A stretch of 64,000 bases of DNA. It comes from Mycobacterium sp. (GTDB lineage Bacteria > Actinomycetota > Actinomycetes > Mycobacteriales > Mycobacteriaceae). The notes below the pieces were generated by a model that worked only from the letters and a program-made list of their open reading frames with translations, ran no database searches and was not told the DNA's origin. Numbering within the stretch: position 1 is the stretch's first letter; each line of letters opens with the position of its first letter. The stretch covers positions 3,225 to 67,224 of the forward strand of contig DATJBA010000122.1 of the NCBI GenBank assembly GCA_035515675.1, written 5' to 3'. Positions 59,894 through 64,000 of the stretch are shown piece after piece. Made by a program: the position numbers and the translations under genes.

Positions 59894-61294
59894 ATGTCGT
59901 ATCTGATGGCGGCGCCACAGTTTTTGGCGTCGGCGGCAACGGATTTGGCAGGCATCGGCTCGGCGGTGACCGCCGCGAATGCGGCGGCTGCGGTCCCAAC
60001 CACCACAGTGGTGGCCGCCGCTGATGATGAGGTGTCGGTGGCGATGGCGTCACTGTTTTCCGGGCACGGGCAGGCGTTTCAGGCGCTTGGCGCGCAGGCG
60101 GCGGCGTTCCATGCCCAGTTCGTGCAGACGTTGAACGCCGCCGGAGGTGCCTATGCGGCCACCGAGGCGGCCAACGCCTCGCCGCTGGAGACCGCTTGGC
60201 AAGACGTGCGCGGGGCGATCAATGCGCCCACCAATTTGTTGGTGGGGATCCCGTTGATCGGCAAGGGGACCAATGGTGCGCCGGGCACTGGGCAACCCGG
60301 CGGGCCGGGCGGGCTGTTGTTCGGCGACGGCGGCAACGGGGGGTCCGGCGCGCCCGGACAGCCCGGCGGCCGGGGCGGTAACGCCTGGTTTATCGGTAGC
60401 GGCGGCCTGGGCGGAGCCGGCGGTGCCGGCGCTAACGGCGGGGCCGGCGGCGTCGGCGGACGCGGCGGTGCGGGTGGGTATTTGGCCGGCTTCGGCGGGG
60501 CCGGCGGCCTCGGCGGAGACGGCGGGTCCAGCACGACCGGCGTCGGCGGCGCCGGCGGGGTCGGCGGCGTCGGTGGCGCCGATAGGGCGCTGGTGGGCTT
60601 TGCCGGCGGGGCCGGCGGTGTCGGCGGGACCGGCGGCGCGGGCGGCCAAGGCGCCAGCGGCACCACGGGCGGCACCGGCTTTGCGGGCGGGGCCGGTGGC
60701 CACGGCGGCGCGGGCGGCACCGCCGGTGGGCTCGGCACTACCGGCGCCGGCGGCGCCGGCGGCACCGGCGGCCAGGGCGGCAGCGGCGGCACCGGCACCT
60801 CCGGCACCGGCGGCCAAGGCGGGCCTGGCGGCGCCGGCGGCGACGGCGGCGTCGGCAGCATCGCCGGCCAAGGCGGCACAGGTGGCACCGGCGGTGACGG
60901 CGGCACCGGCTCCACCAACGGCGGCCCCGGCGGCCAGGGCGGCAAGGGCGGCACCGGCGCTCCCGCCGAGTTCAAGGGGTTCACCTGGTTCGGAGATGCC
61001 CCCGCCGCCGGCCAAGGCGGCACCGGCGGCAACGGTGGCACCGGCGGTTCCGGCCTGTCCGGCACCGGCGGCACCGGGGGCCAAGGTGGCACCGGCGGCA
61101 CCGGCGGCTACAACCTCAACATCCTGGGCCTTGGCGGCCAAGGCGGTACCGGCGGTACCGGCGGCACCGGCGGCACCGGCTCCAGCGGCAACTCCGGCGC
61201 TCCTGGCAGCCCCGGCAACCCTGGTGTCTTGTTCTTCTTCCTCTTGGGCGCCCCCGGCGGCACCGGCGGCGCGGGCGGCGCCGGCTCTATGTAG
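59894..61294 (+). CDS. PE_PGRS family protein
   Basis: The PE domain is [37 protein letters not shown]...[29 protein letters not shown]. The linker is GIPLIGKG, followed by long GGAGG/GGTGG repeats. Confidence 0.9.
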   Translation: MSYLMAAPQFLASAATDLAGIGSAVTAANAAAAVPTTTVVAAADDEVSVAMASLFSGHGQAFQALGAQAAAFHAQFVQTLNAAGGAYAATEAANASPLETAWQDVRGAINAPTNLLVGIPLIGKGTNGAPGTGQPGGPGGLLFGDGGNGGSGAPGQPGGRGGNAWFIGSGGLGGAGGAGANGGAGGVGGRGGAGGYLAGFGGAGGLGGDGGSSTTGVGGAGGVGGVGGADRALVGFAGGAGGVGGTGGAGGQGASGTTGGTGFAGGAGGHGGAGGTAGGLGTTGAGGAGGTGGQGGSGGTGTSGTGGQGGPGGAGGDGGVGSIAGQGGTGGTGGDGGTGSTNGGPGGQGGKGGTGAPAEFKGFTWFGDAPAAGQGGTGGNGGTGGSGLSGTGGTGGQGGTGGTGGYNLNILGLGGQGGTGGTGGTGGTGSSGNSGAPGSPGNPGVLFFFLLGAPGGTGGAGGAGSM

Positions 61295-61395
61295 GTACGT
61301 TGCAGGTGTCAGAGGGGTCGGCGGCACCGACGGCAACGCCGGGATTGGGCCGGTGGCGGTAGGCACCGCCGGTGCCGGGAGCGCCGGCGTCCGGT

Positions 61396-62970
61396 TCAGT
61401 CCAGGTAGTCGCGCAGGACCTGGGAACGGCTGGGGTGGCGCAACTTCGACATGGTCTTGGACTCGATCTGACGGATGCGTTCGCGGGTCACGCCGTAGAC
61501 CTGCCCGATCTCGTCAAGGGTACGAGGCTGGCCGTCGGTGAGACCGAAGCGCAGCCGTACTACGCCGGCTTCGCGCTCGGACAGCGTCTCCAGCACCGAC
61601 TGCAGCTGGTCTTGCAGCAAAGTGAACGACACCGCATCGACGGCCACCACCGCTTCACTGTCTTCGATGAAGTCGCCAAGCTGGCTGTCGCCCTCGTCGC
61701 CGATGGTCTGGTCCAACGAGATCGGCTCGCGGGCGTATTGCTGGATCTCCAGCACCTTTTCCGGTGTGATGTCCATTTCTTTGGCCAGCTCTTCAGGGGT
61801 GGGCTCGCGGCCCAGATCCTGCAGCAGCTCGCGTTGGATGCGGCCCAGCTTGTTGATCACCTCGACCATGTGCACCGGTATGCGAATGGTGCGAGCCTGG
61901 TCGGCCATCGCGCGGGTGATGGCCTGGCGGATCCACCACGTCGCGTACGTGGAGAACTTGTAGCCCTTTGTGTAGTCGAATTTCTCGACCGCGCGGATAA
62001 GGCCCAGGTTCCCCTCCTGGATGAGGTCGAGGAACGCCATTCCGCGGCCCGTGTACCGTTTGGCCAGCGAAACCACCAGCCGCAGGTTGGCTTCCAACAA
62101 ATGGTTCTTCGCGCGGTCGCCGTCGCGGCAGATCCACATCATGTCGCGGCGCTGGGCGGCGGGCAGTTTGTCGCCGCGCTCGGCGAGCTCGGTCATCAGC
62201 TGCGTGGCGTATAGGCCGGCTTCGATCCGCTTCGCCAGCTCGACCTCTTCCTCCGCGTTAAGCAGCGCCACCTTGCCGATCTGTTTGAGGTAAGCGCGAA
62301 CCGAGTCCGCGGAGGCGGTGAGTTCGGCGTCCTTGCGGGCCTGACGCAACGCCTCGGACTCATCTTCGTCCCAGACGAAATCGCCGGAGGCCTTGTCCTT
62401 TTCGGTGGGCTCAGTGATGTCCTCGTCCTCATCGGCGGGAGTCCCGCCGGCCGCGGCCGGCGCGGCGGCCCCGCCATCCTCGCCGTGCTCGGCGCCACCC
62501 GGGTCCAAGTCGGCGATGTCGTCATCGGGCGTCACGTCCTCATCCAGGTCGTCGAGGTTGAGGTCGGCGGTGTCGATGTCGATATCCTCGCCAGGCTCGC
62601 CTTCGAGGTCCGGTTCGGCGTCGAGATCCTCGACGAGGTCGTCGGTGTCGAGGGCGTCCAGGTCGGCCCCGGGATCCTCCGGTGCGGCTTTGGATGCCGC
62701 TTTAGTTCCGCGGGTGGACGGCGTCTTCGCAGCGCCGCTCTTGGCCGAGGAGCGGGTTTTCCTTGTGGTGTCACTCGCCCCTGTGGTCCCTGCGACCTCG
62801 GGTCCCTTCGTGGACTTGGTGGCCCGCGATGCTGTGTTGGTGGCCCGTTTTGCCGGGGCGGAGCCATTGGCGGCCTTCGCCGCCGATCCCTTAGCGGGAG
62901 ACGATAAAGACTTCGTGGCGCTGCGTTTCACCGGCTCATCGGTTGCCGGGCTGGTGTTGGTCGCTGCCAC
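61396..62970 (-). CDS. sigA: principal RNA polymerase sigma factor SigA
   Basis: A long basic/acidic N-terminal region, then regions 1.2-4 ([26 protein letters not shown]..., [29 protein letters not shown]). GTG start. Confidence 0.97.
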   Translation of the reverse strand: MAATNTSPATDEPVKRSATKSLSSPAKGSAAKAANGSAPAKRATNTASRATKSTKGPEVAGTTGASDTTRKTRSSAKSGAAKTPSTRGTKAASKAAPEDPGADLDALDTDDLVEDLDAEPDLEGEPGEDIDIDTADLNLDDLDEDVTPDDDIADLDPGGAEHGEDGGAAAPAAAGGTPADEDEDITEPTEKDKASGDFVWDEDESEALRQARKDAELTASADSVRAYLKQIGKVALLNAEEEVELAKRIEAGLYATQLMTELAERGDKLPAAQRRDMMWICRDGDRAKNHLLEANLRLVVSLAKRYTGRGMAFLDLIQEGNLGLIRAVEKFDYTKGYKFSTYATWWIRQAITRAMADQARTIRIPVHMVEVINKLGRIQRELLQDLGREPTPEELAKEMDITPEKVLEIQQYAREPISLDQTIGDEGDSQLGDFIEDSEAVVAVDAVSFTLLQDQLQSVLETLSEREAGVVRLRFGLTDGQPRTLDEIGQVYGVTRERIRQIESKTMSKLRHPSRSQVLRDYLD

Positions 62971-63147
62971 TTACACCCCTTCGGTCGGACGCACTTCCGG
63001 TGGGTCTGGGCATGGCTAACCGAAAGTGTCTGCTATGTCGAATGTCGGCGTTGATATCAGCGTGATTACTCTCACGCTATCGGTCGGGCTGTCGCCGAGG
63101 ACCATTGTAACGACAGTGCGGGCTCGTACTGCCCTACCGGGCAAAAT

Positions 63148-63957
63148 TCAGTGCGTCACGTCCACGGTAGAAGCCATGGCCGCGCCGACTATCCCGGCGG
63201 TGTTCTGCAAGGCGGCGGCGACCACCGGGGTGCGGTTTTTGAGCAGCGGCAGCCATATGTCGGCTTTGCGGCTGATGCCGCCGCCGGCGATGAACAAGTC
63301 GGGCCACATCGCGTTCTCGATGGCCACCAGCACCCCGGTCACCTCCTTGGCCCACTTTTCGTAGCTCCAGTTGTTCTGGTCTTTAACTGATGACGCCGCT
63401 CGTTTCTCGGCCTCTGCACCGCCGACCTCGAGATGCCCGAACTCCGTGTTGGGTATCAACGTCCCGTTGTGGATCACCGCAGACCCGATTCCGGTTCCGA
63501 ACGTGAGCACCACCACCAAGCCGGAGTGGTCCTTGCCCGCCCCGTAGCGGGCTTCCGCAAGCCCGGCCGCGTCGGCATCATTGAGGACCGTGACCTCCTG
63601 GCCGGTCAGCTCGGCGCGGATGACGTCGCGCGCGTTGGTCCCGATCCAGGACTTGTCCACGTTGGCCGCCGTCTGCACCACGCCGTGGGTGACGACGCCG
63701 GGATAGGTCACCCCGAGCGGACCGGTCCAACCGAATTCGTTGACGACCGCGGCGATGGTCTTGGCGACCGCCGACGGCGTCGCCGGTTGCGGGGTCAACA
63801 GCTTGAACCGATCGCCGATCAACAGCCCGGTGTCCATGTCGACGATGCCGCCCTTGATGCCGCTGCCACCGACGTCGACGCCGAATCCACGACGCTGCAG
63901 TGTGCCAGCGGCTGTGTCGGTGCCGGGCGTATCCGTGGTCGAGTCGGTGCTGGTCAT
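63148..63957 (-). CDS. ppgK: polyphosphate glucokinase
   Basis: ROK-family pattern FGVDVGGSGIKGGIVD...LNDADAAGLAE...TFGTGIGSAVIHNG. Start ATG 63957 is chosen by memory of the H37Rv PpgK. Confidence 0.93.
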   Translation of the reverse strand: MTSTDSTTDTPGTDTAAGTLQRRGFGVDVGGSGIKGGIVDMDTGLLIGDRFKLLTPQPATPSAVAKTIAAVVNEFGWTGPLGVTYPGVVTHGVVQTAANVDKSWIGTNARDVIRAELTGQEVTVLNDADAAGLAEARYGAGKDHSGLVVVLTFGTGIGSAVIHNGTLIPNTEFGHLEVGGAEAEKRAASSVKDQNNWSYEKWAKEVTGVLVAIENAMWPDLFIAGGGISRKADIWLPLLKNRTPVVAAALQNTAGIVGAAMASTVDVTH

Positions 63958-64000
63958 CGAATCTCCTCGGCAAGGCTTAGGCTCTCCGCTCACCTTATCC

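Noticed and set aside
60050-61541. Very long Ala-, Pro- or Gly-rich ORFs on both strands (60050-61366 minus, 60151-61101 minus, 60273-61541 plus)
   Set aside because: They are alternative-frame and antisense readings of the GGC/GCC-rich PGRS repeats. The PE domain and linker identify the 59894-61294 frame as the real one. The repeat periodicity is protein-coding, not a CRISPR-like repeat-spacer array.

Overview
High-GC (about two-thirds G+C by eye) mycobacterial chromosome segment. Read in reverse, it is co-linear with the M. tuberculosis H37Rv region I remember as Rv2765 down to Rv2702. The backbone order is thyA-dfrA, thyX-dapA-rnj, ftsK, argA/pgsA, clgR-pspA, recA (with intein)-recX, miaB, miaA-dapF-hflX, fadE, lexA, nrdR, sthA, ideR-sigB and sigA-ppgK. 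The proteins resemble but do not match the H37Rv sequences I recall, so this is probably a close non-MTBC relative; that is inference, not a search result. Most of the window is ordinary core genome. The accessory parts are listed here. (1) A lower-GC island at about 4.3-10.7 kb holds a decayed type I R-M system: full hsdS, intact hsdM, an hsdS-like fragment, and remnants of hsdS, DUF1016 and hsdR. It also carries two VapBC cassettes and one reverse-strand gene I cannot place, which shows a frame disruption. This is the most interesting part. (2) An insertion at about 57.6-61.4 kb (GT1 glycosyltransferase, SnoaL-like protein, PE_PGRS) sits between a decayed RidA-like gene and sigA. (3) A trypsin-like lipoprotein protease lies next to sthA. 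(4) A 0.7 kb non-coding gap lies where I recall TerC/Rv2722 in H37Rv. (5) There is a tandem pair of paralogous membrane-protein genes. The DNA-damage regulatory motifs (SOS boxes and RecA-NDp-type promoters) are readable at recA and at the lexA/LysM divergent region. I saw no tRNA, rRNA, CRISPR array or IS element. All family names, Rv numbers and H37Rv comparisons come from memory. All composition figures are hand or eye estimates.
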